A program made the position numbers and the translations under genes. Positions 1 through 9,823 of a DNA stretch of 64,000 nt are shown piece after piece (positions within the stretch are counted from its first letter, which is position 1; every line of letters starts with the position of its first letter). Below the pieces are notes generated by a model. That model ran no database searches, had not been told where the DNA came from, and was given only the letters and a program-made list of their open reading frames with translations. Source of the stretch: Paracoccus sp. (in: a-proteobacteria) (lineage in GTDB: Bacteria > Pseudomonadota > Alphaproteobacteria > Rhodobacterales > Rhodobacteraceae); the NCBI GenBank assembly GCA_040392885.1, contig JBEBVF010000001.1:27505-91504 (forward strand), in the 5' to 3' direction.

Positions 1-177
1 GCCGGGCTGCATCCCGGCGGCGACATCTTCATCCACGGCCAGCCGAACGGCCGCGTGGCGCGCGGCTTTCGCATCAAGGGCGACTGGACGGATGGCTGCA
101 TCGCGGTCTCGGATGCCGAGATCGAGGAGCTATTCGCCGCCACCCGCATCGGCACCGAGGTCGAAATCCGCCCCTGA
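1..177 (+). CDS. L,D-transpeptidase (YkuD) family protein, 3' end only
   Basis: Frame 1 reads AGLHPGGDIFIHGQPNG...DWTDGCIAVSDAEIEELF...EIRP*; HG...T-x-G-C catalytic motif; 5' part is outside the window. Confidence 0.85.
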   Translation, partial: AGLHPGGDIFIHGQPNGRVARGFRIKGDWTDGCIAVSDAEIEELFAATRIGTEVEIRP

Positions 178-245
178 CGCCCCTTCCGCCGGCCGGGAGG
201 GCGGCGTATGCACGGGGACGCGAACGGACAGAAACGGGGACCGCA

Positions 246-968
246 ATGACCTATTGTGTGGGGCTGCGGCTGAATGACGGGCTGGTGCTGCTGTCGGACA
301 CGCGCACCAATGCCGGCATGGACAACATCGCCTCCTATCGCAAGACCTTCGTCTTCGAGAAGCCGGGCCGATGCGTGATCGCCATCATGACCGCCGGCAG
401 CCTGTCGGTCACCCAGACCACCATCGCCCGGCTGCATGACGCCATCGCCGCCGAGGGCGCCGACGAGACCACCTCGATCCTGGAGGCGCCGACCATGCTC
501 AAGGTCGCCTCGCTGATCGGCGACACCCTGGCCCGGACCCGGCGCGAGATCGCCGCCCGCATGGACATGGAGCAGCAGGCCACCGCCAGCCTGATCGTCG
601 GCGGCCAGCGCCAGGGCGAGCACATGCGGCTGTTCCTGGTCTACCCGGAGGGCAATTTCATCGAGGCCACCGACGACACCCCCTTCCTCCAGATCGGCGA
701 GCACAAATACGGCAAGCCGCTGCTGGACCGGGTGGTGACGCCCGAGACCAGCCTGGCGGACGGGCGCAAGGCGGTGCTGCTGTCGATGGATTCGACGCTG
801 CGCTCGAACCTGTCGGTCGGCATGCCGCTGGACCTGACGGTGATCGAGCGCGACGCCTGCGCCATCAGCCACCGCCAGCGCATCGAGGCGGGCGACCCGG
901 ACTTTGCCGCGATGAGCGCCGCTTGGGCCACGGCGCTGCGCGAAAGCTTTCGCAACATCCAGATCTGA
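246..968 (+). CDS. Proteasome-type protease (Anbu, Ntn-hydrolase)
   Basis: MTYCVGLRLNDGLVLLSDTRTNAG N-terminus with Thr2 as candidate nucleophile; QIGEHKYGKP and SNLSVGMPLD motifs. Confidence 0.9.
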   Translation: MTYCVGLRLNDGLVLLSDTRTNAGMDNIASYRKTFVFEKPGRCVIAIMTAGSLSVTQTTIARLHDAIAAEGADETTSILEAPTMLKVASLIGDTLARTRREIAARMDMEQQATASLIVGGQRQGEHMRLFLVYPEGNFIEATDDTPFLQIGEHKYGKPLLDRVVTPETSLADGRKAVLLSMDSTLRSNLSVGMPLDLTVIERDACAISHRQRIEAGDPDFAAMSAAWATALRESFRNIQI

Positions 969-1280
969 GAATCGATTCGCCCGCCGCCGACCGGATCACG
1001 GCACCGCCAACCGCCCCGGCGGACACGAGCGCGTGTAGTCGTGATCACAAACCGCCGCCGAGGCGCCGGGGCACGCTGCGACAAAATGCACCCGGTTGCA
1101 GCCCTTGTTTCCGGGCATCGGGTGTTTGGACACCAGAAGCGCCGATCCGGCGCCTCGTTACGCCGCGTCAAAGCAAGGAAACTACCCAAACACCCTCATA
1201 TGCATAGAATCTATTGCGTGCCATTTTGCCGCAGGTGCGTCACAAAAAAGTAAACGAACACCTGCACTTATCGTCACGAT

Positions 1281-1295
1281 ATGCATGGGTTGCAT
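1281..1295. promoter_or_regulatory. Candidate LysR-type operator upstream of DUF1127 gene
   Basis: ATGC-ATGGGTT-GCAT (ATGC-N7-GCAT, contains T-N11-A), about 110 bp upstream of the start codon. Confidence 0.4.
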
Positions 1296-1406
1296 GACGG
1301 CTCTGCGGTGCAGCATCTGGTTATTCGATGCGTGGCGGGCTATATCCTCGGCATCGAAACGAACGACGGATCGGATCCGCCGATCTTGCTGAAAAGGATG
1401 AGAACC

Positions 1407-1601
1407 ATGTCGGCCATCGACACCCTGCACGCCCCGGCCATTGCCCGCCCCGCCAATATCTTCTCGCGCCTGGCGCTGGCGGTGATGGACTGGAACAACG
1501 CCCGCACGACCCGCGATGCCCTGTATCGCCTGACCGATCGCGAGCTGGACGATATCGGCCTGAACCGCAGCGACATCGATCGTGTCGCGCGTGGCCTGTG
1601 A
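1407..1601 (+). CDS. DUF1127 small protein (64 aa)
   Basis: WNNARTTRDALYRLTDRELDDIGLNRSDI is the DUF1127 signature; AAGGA upstream. Confidence 0.9.
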   Translation: MSAIDTLHAPAIARPANIFSRLALAVMDWNNARTTRDALYRLTDRELDDIGLNRSDIDRVARGL

Positions 1602-1646
1602 TCGCCGCTGAGACCGCAGTCCCGTCCCCTCAACCGGACTGCAGAC

Positions 1647-1688
1647 CTGCCTCCCAACTCGCTTGAGTTGCGGAGGCAGTTTCTTTTT
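1647..1688 (+). terminator. Rho-independent terminator after DUF1127
   Basis: ctgcctcc-caactc-gctt-gagttg-c-ggaggcag hairpin followed by tttcttttt. Confidence 0.8.
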
Positions 1689-1718
1689 CAGGGCCTCGCA
1701 TCGCCCCTCCGCCCTGCC

Positions 1719-1992
1719 GGCCCGCTGACGCGCGCCAACCCTCCCTCTTTCGTCAGACGCCCCACAAGCCGCTTCCCTCGTTCAGCCGGGGGCCGAGGCG
1801 GGCGCCGCACTGCCTTGCCCGCCCGCTGACACGCGCCGCAACCCCTCTGGCGAACGACCCACGCGCCCCTGCCGGTGTCCAGCCGCGTACCGGGGGCCAA
1901 GGCGGGCGCGGCATCGCTCCTCCGTCTTGCTGGTCCTTTGAGCTGCACCAGCCCCCTCCCCCTGTCGTCAGACGCCCCACAGGCCGCTCCCC
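1719..1992. repeat. Degenerate intergenic direct repeats (offsets about 100-105 and 215 nt)
   Basis: tcgtcagacgccccaca(a/g)gccgct(t/c)ccc at 1750-1777 and 1965-1992 (26/28); ccgggggcc(g/a)aggcgggcgc at 1786 and 1890; cccgctgac(g/a)cgcgcc near 1721 and 1822. Confidence 0.7.
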
Positions 1993-2008
1993 ACGCCCCT
2001 GACCGCGC

Positions 2009-2530
2009 TCAGCCGGGTGCCGGTGCCGGCGGGCGCCGGATCTGGCCCAGCACCTCGCGCAGCTCGCCCGCCAGGGTGATGCGTTCCTCCGGTGACAGAA
2101 AGGCGCCCAGCTCGACCTCGCGGGTGCCGCCCTCGTCGAGACCGCCGGTCAGGGTCAGATAATCCTCGACCGGGCCATCCTCGCGCAGCGCCACCCGCAT
2201 CCAGTAGGGATTGGCCTGCCAGTGCCGGTCCGCCCGCCCGGGATCGCGGCGCAGCAGCCGGGCACGGTCGGCGGTCAGCACCAGCACCTCGCGCGTGCGG
2301 CCGCTGCGATAGCTGCGCGTCAGCGCCGCCATCAGCGCCAGCAGCGCCGCCAGCACGAAGGGCAGCAGCCCCCACAGCGCGGGCGAGCCGAACACCGCCA
2401 GCAGCGGCACTGCCAGCAGCGCGGCAGTCACGCCCACAAAGGCGGCATGGCCGCGCGGCGTCAGCGAGCGGAACGGCCACAGCCGCAGCACCAGCGTCTC
2501 GCTATCGGGTTTTTCCCAACGATATGGCAT
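2009..2530 (-). CDS. DUF2244-type integral membrane protein
   Basis: LWPFRSL start, two hydrophobic segments, REVELGAFLSPEERITLA C-terminal motif; lies downstream of ctaD. Confidence 0.8.
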   Translation of the reverse strand: MPYRWEKPDSETLVLRLWPFRSLTPRGHAAFVGVTAALLAVPLLAVFGSPALWGLLPFVLAALLALMAALTRSYRSGRTREVLVLTADRARLLRRDPGRADRHWQANPYWMRVALREDGPVEDYLTLTGGLDEGGTREVELGAFLSPEERITLAGELREVLGQIRRPPAPAPG

Positions 2531-2571
2531 CGTCCCGACCTTGCCCGCGCGCAGGCGCGGGCCTCAATGCA

Positions 2572-2600
2572 GACGACCCCGGAAAGGCTCCGGGGTCGTC
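2572..2600. terminator. GC-rich hairpin downstream of ctaD
   Basis: gacgaccccgga...tccggggtcgtc, 12-bp stem 27 nt past the ctaD stop; no clear U-tract. Confidence 0.55.
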
Positions 2601-2626
2601 CAGTGTCTCATCCCGGCGCCTGGCCC

Positions 2627-4300
2627 TCAATGGGCGCGGGCGTGGTCCCAGTCCTCGCGCTTGGGCAGCGTCTCGAAGGTATGCTCCGGCGGCGGCGACG
2701 GCAGGGTCCATTCCAGCGTATCGGCGTGTTCGTTCCAGTAATTCGCCACCCCGACCCGCCGGCCGTGGAACAGCGTGTAATACATGATGCCGAAGAACAG
2801 CAGATAGGAGGCGAAGGTGATGTAGGCGCCGATCGACGAGATGTTGTTCCAGTAGGAGAACTCCACCGGATAGTCGATATAGCGGCGCGGCATGCCCTGA
2901 CGGCCCAGGAAGTGCTGCGGGAAGAAGGTCAGGTTGGCACCGATGAACATCAGCCAGAAGTGCAGCTTGGCCAGCCCCTCCGGATATTGCCGGCCCGACA
3001 TCTTGCCGATCCAGAAATACACCCCGGCAAAGACCGCGAACACCGCGCCCAGCGACATCACATAGTGGAAATGCGCCACGATGTAGTAGGTGTCGTGATA
3101 GACCCGGTCCAGCGGCGCCTGGCTGATCACCACGCCGGTCACGCCGCCGACGGTGAACAGGAACAGGAAGCCGAAGGCCCAGAGCATCGGCGCCTTGAAC
3201 TCGATCGAGCCGCCCCACATCGTCGCGATCCAGGAGAACACCTTGATCCCGGTGGGCACGGCGATGGTCATGGTCGCCAGCATGAAATAGCTCTGCTGGG
3301 TGACCGACATGCCGACGGTGAACATGTGGTGCGCCCAGACCACGAAGCCCAGCACGCCGATGGCGATGATCGCCATCACCATGCCCATATAGCCGAAGAT
3401 CGGCTTGCGGGCGAAGGTGGCGATGACATGGCTGATGATGCCGAAGCCCGGAATGATGATGATGTAGACTTCCGGGTGACCGAAGAACCACAGGATATGC
3501 TGGTAGAGGATCGGGTCGCCGCCGCCATCGGCGGCGAAGAAGGCGGTGCCGAAGTTGCGGTCCATCAGCAGCATGGTGATGCCGCCGGCCAGCACGGGCA
3601 GGCAGAGCAGGATCATCCAGGCGGTGACGAAGACCGACCAGGCGAACAGCGGCACCTTGAACAGCGTCATGCCGGGGGCACGCATGTTCAGGAAGGTAGT
3701 GATGATGTTGATCGAGCCGAGGATCGACGAGGCGCCCGAGACGTGGACGGCAAAGATCGCCAGGTCCATCGAATAGCCGGCCTCATGCGTGGACAGCGGC
3801 GGATACAGCACCCAGCCGACGCCCGAGCCCAGCTGCCCGTCGCCGCCCGGCGAGAACAGCGAGGTCACCGCCAGCAGCACGCCGACGACATAGAGCCAGT
3901 AGCTGAGGTTGTTCAGCCGCGGGAAGGCCATGTCCGGCGCCCCGATATGCAGCGGCATGAAATAGTTGCCGAAGCCCCCGAACAGCGCCGGGATCACCAC
4001 GAAGAACATCATCAGCACACCGTGATAGGTGATCATGACGTTCCACAGATGCCCGTTGGGCGTGCATTCCTCGGCCGAGGGAAGCAGCCGCCACCCCTCC
4101 ATGCACATGTACTGGACACCGGGGTGTTGCAGCTCCATGCGCATGTAGACGGTGAACATGACCGAGACCAGACCGACCACCGCAGCGGTGACCAGATAGA
4201 GAATCCCGATATCCTTGTGGTTCGTGGACATGAACCAGCGGGTGAAGAACCCGCGGGAATCGTGGTGATCCCCATGTCCCTGGACGGCTGCGTCTGCCAT
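2627..4300 (-). CDS. ctaD: Cytochrome c oxidase aa3-type subunit I
   Basis: [42 protein letters not shown] heme-copper oxidase motifs. Confidence 0.98.
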   Translation of the reverse strand: MADAAVQGHGDHHDSRGFFTRWFMSTNHKDIGILYLVTAAVVGLVSVMFTVYMRMELQHPGVQYMCMEGWRLLPSAEECTPNGHLWNVMITYHGVLMMFFVVIPALFGGFGNYFMPLHIGAPDMAFPRLNNLSYWLYVVGVLLAVTSLFSPGGDGQLGSGVGWVLYPPLSTHEAGYSMDLAIFAVHVSGASSILGSINIITTFLNMRAPGMTLFKVPLFAWSVFVTAWMILLCLPVLAGGITMLLMDRNFGTAFFAADGGGDPILYQHILWFFGHPEVYIIIIPGFGIISHVIATFARKPIFGYMGMVMAIIAIGVLGFVVWAHHMFTVGMSVTQQSYFMLATMTIAVPTGIKVFSWIATMWGGSIEFKAPMLWAFGFLFLFTVGGVTGVVISQAPLDRVYHDTYYIVAHFHYVMSLGAVFAVFAGVYFWIGKMSGRQYPEGLAKLHFWLMFIGANLTFFPQHFLGRQGMPRRYIDYPVEFSYWNNISSIGAYITFASYLLFFGIMYYTLFHGRRVGVANYWNEHADTLEWTLPSPPPEHTFETLPKREDWDHARAH

Positions 4301-4570
4301 CTAAGCCCCCTCGCGTGAAATAGCTGCCGGCGTCCGGCGCCGGCAATTCCCATCCGTTCTAGCCGAGGCTTCCTGCGGCGGCAACGCCGGAATGGGCAAT
4401 TCCGTGTATTCAATGCGGCATCTGCGCGCAGCCCATGCCCGACCGGAACCAGAACGCCATGAGCATAGCAGAAATCGCGCCCGGGTTGAAGGCCGCGCCC
4501 GGTCACTTTCCGCCCCCGGACCCCGGCCCGGCCCCGAACAGACCGCCGCGAGGCCCGCTTCATTGCCCGG

Positions 4571-4608
4571 AAAACACGAAGGCGCCCGGCCTTGCGGACC
4601 GGGCGCCT
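4571..4608 (-). terminator. Probable terminator of cycA
   Basis: aggcgcccgg...ccgggcgcct 10-bp stem, followed on the minus strand by tcgtgtttt. Confidence 0.6.
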
Positions 4609-4629
4609 GCCGCGAACCGGGAAAACGAC

Positions 4630-5100
4630 TCAGGGCCGCGGGGCGCCGTCGGTCTCCTCGGGCTGCTCGGGGGCGTCGGGGGACTGGGCCAGCAGATAGG
4701 CCACCACATCCGCCTGGTCCTTGTTCAGCTTGAAGGTCATCTTCGAGCGCACCTTGGGATCGCCGCTGTATTCGTCCAGATAGGCGGTCGGGTCGGTGAC
4801 ATAGGCGGCCAGCGAATGCACGTCCCAGACGGCATCGGGATGCGACTCGGCCAGCTTGAGGATGCCGTCGCCATAGCGGAAGCCCTCGACCGAGGCGATC
4901 TTGCGGCCGACCACGCCATAGAGGTTCGGCCCGGTCATCCCGCCCTTGAAGATCACGGTCCCGTCCGGGGCCTGGATCTGGTGGCAGGCCCGGCATTTGC
5001 CGAACACCTTCTCGCCCTTCACGGCATCGCCGGCATCTTGCGCGAACACGGGGCTAGCGAGCGCCACGAGGGCGAACGCAACAGCTGCGGTGGTTTTCAT
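4630..5100 (-). CDS. cycA: Cytochrome c550/c2
   Basis: Signal peptide, QDAGDAVKGEKVFGK, CRACH heme motif, TGPNLYGVVGR, KMTFKL axial Met; directly upstream of ctaD as in Paracoccus. Confidence 0.9.
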   Translation of the reverse strand: MKTTAAVAFALVALASPVFAQDAGDAVKGEKVFGKCRACHQIQAPDGTVIFKGGMTGPNLYGVVGRKIASVEGFRYGDGILKLAESHPDAVWDVHSLAAYVTDPTAYLDEYSGDPKVRSKMTFKLNKDQADVVAYLLAQSPDAPEQPEETDGAPRP

Positions 5101-5160
5101 GGAAATACTCCGATCTCAACAGGGCCGCATCATAACGCTGGTTGCCGCGGCCCGGTGCCA

Positions 5161-5826
5161 TCATAAATCGGAAAAGCAGGATGTGAAGTGGCGGCGCAGG
5201 GCGTCGTCGAGGTCGCCCATCACCACCGGCAGGCCCAGATCGACCAGGCTGGTGACGCCGAAATCATGCAGGCCGCAGGGCACGATGCCGTCGAAATGGC
5301 TCAGCTCCGGCTCGACATTCACGGCGATGCCGTGAAAGCTGATCCAGCGGCGCAGCTTGATGCCGATGGCGGCGATCTTGTCCTCGGCCATGCCGCCATC
5401 GGCGCGGCGCGGCCGGTCGGGGCGCTCGACCCAGACGCCGACACGGCCCTCGCGGATATGGCCGGTGACGCCGAAATCCGCCAGCGCACCGATGACCCAG
5501 GCCTCCAGCCGGGCCACGAAGGCGCGCACGTCGCGGCCGCGCCGGTTCAGGTCCAGCATGACATAGACCACCCGCTGCCCCGGCCCGTGATAGGTATATT
5601 GCCCGCCCCGGCCGGCGACATGCACCGGAAAGCGTTCGGGGGCCAGCAGGTCCTCGGCCCGCGCCGAGGTGCCGGCGGTATAGAGGGGCGGATGCTCGAC
5701 CAGCCAGACCAGCTCGCCCGCGCGCCCCTCGTGGATGGCGGCGACGCGCGCCTCCATGAAGGCCAGCGCCTCCTCATAGGGGGTCAGGCCGGGCGCAGTC
5801 AGCCATTCGGGTTCGGAAATCGGCAT
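5161..5826 (-). CDS. lipB: Lipoyl(octanoyl) transferase
   Basis: [47 protein letters not shown]; start taken at MPISEPEW. Confidence 0.95.
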   Translation of the reverse strand: MPISEPEWLTAPGLTPYEEALAFMEARVAAIHEGRAGELVWLVEHPPLYTAGTSARAEDLLAPERFPVHVAGRGGQYTYHGPGQRVVYVMLDLNRRGRDVRAFVARLEAWVIGALADFGVTGHIREGRVGVWVERPDRPRRADGGMAEDKIAAIGIKLRRWISFHGIAVNVEPELSHFDGIVPCGLHDFGVTSLVDLGLPVVMGDLDDALRRHFTSCFSDL

Positions 5827-6025
5827 CGAAAGCCTCCGGCGGCGGATGTAGGATGCGTGCTCGCACGCACCATCGCCCAGGACATAGCCCCTGCGCAGGC
5901 GCGGGGCCAGCGGCGCGGGACAGCCGGCGCGCAGGCATGGGGCGGCAAATCGGGGCGCCCGGTGCGTTTTCCCCCTTTCCAAGCCGCCTTGAAGCCGCTA
6001 GATACCCCGCCACTGCCCGAGGCTT

Positions 6026-6112
6026 GCGGCCGTGGCGGAACTGGTAGACGCGCAGCGTTGAGGTCGCTGTGGGGTAACACCCGTGGAAGTTCGATTCTTC
6101 TCGGCCGCACCA
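6026..6112 (+). tRNA. tRNA-Leu (anticodon GAG)
   Basis: GCGGCCG acceptor stem, TGGCGGAACTGGTAGACGC D-arm, cagcg-TT GAG GT-cgctg anticodon arm, long variable arm, GTTCGA T-loop, encoded CCA. Confidence 0.95.
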
Positions 6113-6159
6113 CCTTCCCCCTTCATTTCCCTGCGGAAACTCACGGCCCGGGCCGGGGC

Positions 6160-7188
6160 TCACCCCCGGCTGCGCGCCGCCATGAAGGCCGTGCAGGCGG
6201 TCTCCACCGCCGCCACCGCCTCGTCGTCCACATCCAGATGCGCGACCCAGCGGATGCTGCCATAGCCGCCGCCGACGGCAATGCCTTGCCCGGCCATGAA
6301 GGCGATGAACGCCTCGGCGGTGAAACCCTGCGGCTGCATGAACACCATATTGGTGCGCGCCGCCCCGGCGCCCAGCGCCGGGAACTGCGCCAGCACCTCG
6401 GCCAGGCGGGCGGCCCGGGCATGGTCCTCGGCCAGCCGCTCGACATTGTGTTCCAGCGCATGGATGCCGGCGGCGGCGATCACCCCGGTCTGGCGCATGC
6501 CGCCGCCCAGCATCTTGCGGATGCGGCGGGCGGATTCGATCAGTTCGCGCGGCCCGACCAGCAGCGAGCCGATGGGCGCCCCCAACCCCTTGGACAGGCA
6601 GAGCGACACGCTGTCGAACCAGCCGGCGATCCAGGCCGGGTCGCGGCCGGTGGCGACGGCGGCATTCATCACCCGCGCGCCGTCCAGATGCGTCGCCAGC
6701 CCGTGCAGGCGCGCCAGAGCGGTCGCCGCCTCCAGATAGCCGTCGGGCAGCGGCTGGCCGGAGAAGGTGTTCTCCAGCGTCAGCAGCCGGCTGCGGGCAT
6801 GGTGGAAATCATCGGCCTTGATGCCGGCCTCGATCGCCGCCAGCGCGATGGTGCCATCGGCCTCGTTGGCCAGCGGCTGCGGCTGGATCGAGCCCAGCAC
6901 CGCCGCGCCGCCGCCCTCGTAGCGATAGGTATGCGCCTGCTGCCCGACCAGATATTCGTCGCCGCGCCCGCAATGCGCCATCAGCCCGGCCAGGTTCGAC
7001 TGGGTGCCGGTGGGAAAGAACAGCCCGGCCTCCTTGCCCAGCCGCTCGGCCGCCATCGCCTCCAGCCGCCGCGTGGTCGGGCAGTCGTCATAGACCGCAT
7101 CGCCGACCTCGGCCGCCGCCATGGCCGCGCGCATGGCCGCCGAGGGCCGGGTCACGGTGTCGGAGCGGAAGTCGTGGATCGGGTTCAT
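6160..7188 (-). CDS. ltaE: Low-specificity L-threonine aldolase
   Basis: DFRSDTVTRP, PTGTQSNL, LENT, HLDGAR, CLSKGLGAPIGS, LGGGMRQ. Confidence 0.92.
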   Translation of the reverse strand: MNPIHDFRSDTVTRPSAAMRAAMAAAEVGDAVYDDCPTTRRLEAMAAERLGKEAGLFFPTGTQSNLAGLMAHCGRGDEYLVGQQAHTYRYEGGGAAVLGSIQPQPLANEADGTIALAAIEAGIKADDFHHARSRLLTLENTFSGQPLPDGYLEAATALARLHGLATHLDGARVMNAAVATGRDPAWIAGWFDSVSLCLSKGLGAPIGSLLVGPRELIESARRIRKMLGGGMRQTGVIAAAGIHALEHNVERLAEDHARAARLAEVLAQFPALGAGAARTNMVFMQPQGFTAEAFIAFMAGQGIAVGGGYGSIRWVAHLDVDDEAVAAVETACTAFMAARSRG

Positions 7189-7227
7189 CGGATCGGCCTT
7201 TCAACGCTGCGGGTGCAGCTAACAGCC

Positions 7228-8172
7228 TCAGCCCAGCAGGTGCAACCAGATGCCGATGCTCAGCACCGAGGCGCCGGTGGCCAGCAGCACCGAGGAGGCC
7301 GCCACCCGCTTGGCCGCGCCATACATGTGCGAGAAGATATAGGCATTGACCCCCGGCGCCATCGCCGCGGTCATCACCGCCGAGCGCATGCCGGCCTGGT
7401 CCAGCCCGACCAGCCGGCCGAGGCCGAAGGTGATCGCCGGATGCAGCAGCAGCGAGGCCATGCAGCAGGTGGCGATGACGCCGGCATCGCCCTCCGGGCG
7501 ATAGCGCATCAGCACGCCGCCCAGCGCGAACAGCGCCGTCGGCAGCGCGGTGACGGCGATCATGCGCACCGCCGCCCAGACCGGTTCCGGCAGGTCGAGG
7601 CCCGCCATCCCGGCCAGATTGACCACGAAACCGGCCAGGATGCCCAGCACCAGCGGCGTGCGCAGCACCCCCTTCAGCGCCCGCCCGGCGACGCGGCCGA
7701 TCGACAGGTTCAGGCCGCGGGCGCGGGTGAACTCCATCAGCGTGATGCCGAAGGTATAGATCAGCGGCGAATGGGTCGAGATGATGATCCAGTTGCCGGC
7801 CAGCGCCGCCTCGCCATAGGCGCGTTCGGTGATCGGCACGCCCAGCAGCAGCGAGTTGGAGAACATGGCGACGAAGCCGATGGCCACGCAATCCTCGGGC
7901 TTGCGGTGAAAGATGTGGCGGGCGGCGGCCCAGGCGGCGCCGAAGCCCGCCAGGGCGCCGGCATAGAACACCACCAGCAGCAGCAGGTCGAACTGCGCCG
8001 ACAGGTCGATGCGGGCGATGGATTGGAACAGCAGGAAGGGCGCGGCGAAATTCTGCGCGAAACGCATCAGCGCATCGACCGAGCGGTCGTCGAACCAGTT
8101 GCGCCAGGCCGCCAGATAGCCCGCGCCGACCACCAGGAAGACGGGCAGGATGACGGTGACGAAGGTGCTCAC
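7228..8172 (-). CDS. AEC (auxin efflux carrier-like) family transporter
   Basis: About 10 hydrophobic segments; ILPVFL start, FSNSLLLGVP, AAMAPGVN. Confidence 0.85.
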   Translation of the reverse strand: MSTFVTVILPVFLVVGAGYLAAWRNWFDDRSVDALMRFAQNFAAPFLLFQSIARIDLSAQFDLLLLVVFYAGALAGFGAAWAAARHIFHRKPEDCVAIGFVAMFSNSLLLGVPITERAYGEAALAGNWIIISTHSPLIYTFGITLMEFTRARGLNLSIGRVAGRALKGVLRTPLVLGILAGFVVNLAGMAGLDLPEPVWAAVRMIAVTALPTALFALGGVLMRYRPEGDAGVIATCCMASLLLHPAITFGLGRLVGLDQAGMRSAVMTAAMAPGVNAYIFSHMYGAAKRVAASSVLLATGASVLSIGIWLHLLG

Positions 8173-8975
8173 CCGGCGACCTCGACCTGCATGCCGTCAT
8201 GGGCGGGGACGACATGGGCGGGCGTGTCGGCCATCACCGCCTCGTAATCCATGTCCAGATGCATGTTGGTGATGATGCAGCGCCCGACACCGGAACGCGC
8301 GAACCAGTCCAGCGTCCGGGCCAGATGCGCATGGCTGGGATGCGGGGTGCGGCGCAGGGCATCGCAGATGAACACCTCGGCGCCGGTGATCTTCGGCCAG
8401 GCGCTTTCGGGGATCGTCGAGACATCCGGCAGATAGACCAGCCCGCGCGCATCCTCGCCGCGGATGCGAAAGCCCAGCGCCGGGATCGAGCCATGCTCGA
8501 CCACGAAAGGATCGAAGCGCAGGGTGCCGCCGTCGCCGGCGATGGCGACCTCGCCCTCGATCAGGTTGAGGGTGCAGACCGGCGGGTAATGGCTGCCCGG
8601 CGGGGTCTCGAAGATATAGCCGAAGCGGGTGACCAGCGCCTCGGCGGTGGCGCCGTCGGCCCAGACCGGCATCACCGCGCCGCGGTTGAAGACCAGTTGG
8701 CGGATGTCGTCGATGCCGTGGATATGGTCGGCATGGGGATGGGTATAGACCACCGCATCCAGCGCAGCGACCCCGGCATCCAGCATCTGCGGCACGAAAT
8801 CCGGGCCGGTGTCGATGACCACCCGGGTCACGCCCTGCGGCCCCGCCCGCTCGACCAGCAGCGAGCAGCGGCGGCGGCGGTTGCGGGGATTGGCGGGGTC
8901 GCAATCGCCCCAATGCCCCCCCAGCCGCGGCACCCCGCCCGACGATCCGCAACCGAGGATCGTCGCCCGGATCAT
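8169..8975 (-). CDS. MBL-fold metallohydrolase (PhnP-like)
   Basis: TILGCGSSGGVP, IDTGPD, THPHADHIHGIDD; usual partner of TatD. Confidence 0.9.
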   Translation of the reverse strand: MIRATILGCGSSGGVPRLGGHWGDCDPANPRNRRRRCSLLVERAGPQGVTRVVIDTGPDFVPQMLDAGVAALDAVVYTHPHADHIHGIDDIRQLVFNRGAVMPVWADGATAEALVTRFGYIFETPPGSHYPPVCTLNLIEGEVAIAGDGGTLRFDPFVVEHGSIPALGFRIRGEDARGLVYLPDVSTIPESAWPKITGAEVFICDALRRTPHPSHAHLARTLDWFARSGVGRCIITNMHLDMDYEAVMADTPAHVVPAHDGMQVEVAG

Positions 8976-9814
8976 GCCGCCGCCCTGGTGAACAGCCGGT
9001 CGAAATTGGCCGAGGTCTGGCGGGCGAAATCCTCCGGCGTCATGCCGTAGACCTTGGCGGCGGCCAGCGCGGTATGGGCGACGAAGCCCGGCTCGTTGCG
9101 GCGCCCGCGATGCGGCGGCGGCGCCAGATAGGGGCTGTCGGTCTCGACCAGGATGCGCTCGATCGGGGCGCTTGCAAAGATCTCGCGCAGCTCCGTCGAG
9201 CGCGGGAAGGCGCCGATGCCGGAAAAGGACAGGTAGAAGCCCAGGTCCAGCGCCGCCCGCGCCAGCCCGGCGCCGCTGGAAAAGCAATGCATCACGCAGG
9301 CATAAGCGCCGGCGCGGTGTTCCTCGGTCAGGATGCGGGCCATGTCGGCATCGGCATCGCGGGCATGGATGATCAGCGGCAGGCCGGTGCGACGCGCGGC
9401 CTCGATATGCAGGCGCAGGCTCTCGGCCTGCCGGGCGGCGCTGTCGGGGGTATAGTGGTAATCGAGGCCGGTCTCGCCGATGCCGACCATCTTCGGATGC
9501 GCGGCGAAGGTCTCCAGTTCCGCGACCGTGACCAGCGGGCTGTCGGGCTTCACGCTCATCGGGTGGATGCCGACGGCATAGAACAGGCCCTCGGTGGCCT
9601 CGGCCATGGCGCGCACCTTCGGCTCGTTCTCCAGCCGGGTGCAGATGGTGACCATGCGCGTCACCCCGGCGAGGCGGGCGCGCGCGATCACCTCGGCGCG
9701 GTCATCGTCGAAATCGGGGAAATCCAGGTGGCAATGGCTGTCGACCAGCGGTGCCGCAAGAAAGGGGCTGTCGCCGAAGGCCGGGGCCTCGGGGCGTTTC
9801 ATTCGGTCCGTCAT
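8972..9814 (-). CDS. TatD family hydrolase
   Basis: DSHCHLD, GETGLDY, IHARDA, HCFS, ETDSPYLAP, NEP. Confidence 0.93.
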   Translation of the reverse strand: MTDRMKRPEAPAFGDSPFLAAPLVDSHCHLDFPDFDDDRAEVIARARLAGVTRMVTICTRLENEPKVRAMAEATEGLFYAVGIHPMSVKPDSPLVTVAELETFAAHPKMVGIGETGLDYHYTPDSAARQAESLRLHIEAARRTGLPLIIHARDADADMARILTEEHRAGAYACVMHCFSSGAGLARAALDLGFYLSFSGIGAFPRSTELREIFASAPIERILVETDSPYLAPPPHRGRRNEPGFVAHTALAAAKVYGMTPEDFARQTSANFDRLFTRAAA

Positions 9815-9823
9815 CGCTGCCCG

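Noticed and set aside
1600-2000. Canonical cuckoo/CcsR sRNA array
   Set aside because: No exact CCTCCTCCC loops in repeated hairpins; kept only as a weaker hypothesis
2222-4318. 698-aa + strand ORF, and similar long ORFs at 5188-8247, 9074-11248, 24360-27647, 33897-35975 and 59203-61035
   Set aside because: Antisense or alternate-frame shadows of well-supported genes; expected from stop-codon scarcity at high GC; no motifs
6090-6112. tRNA-Leu 3' end as an integration site
   Set aside because: No duplicate of the 3' end noticed in the window, no integrase, and ltaE follows directly
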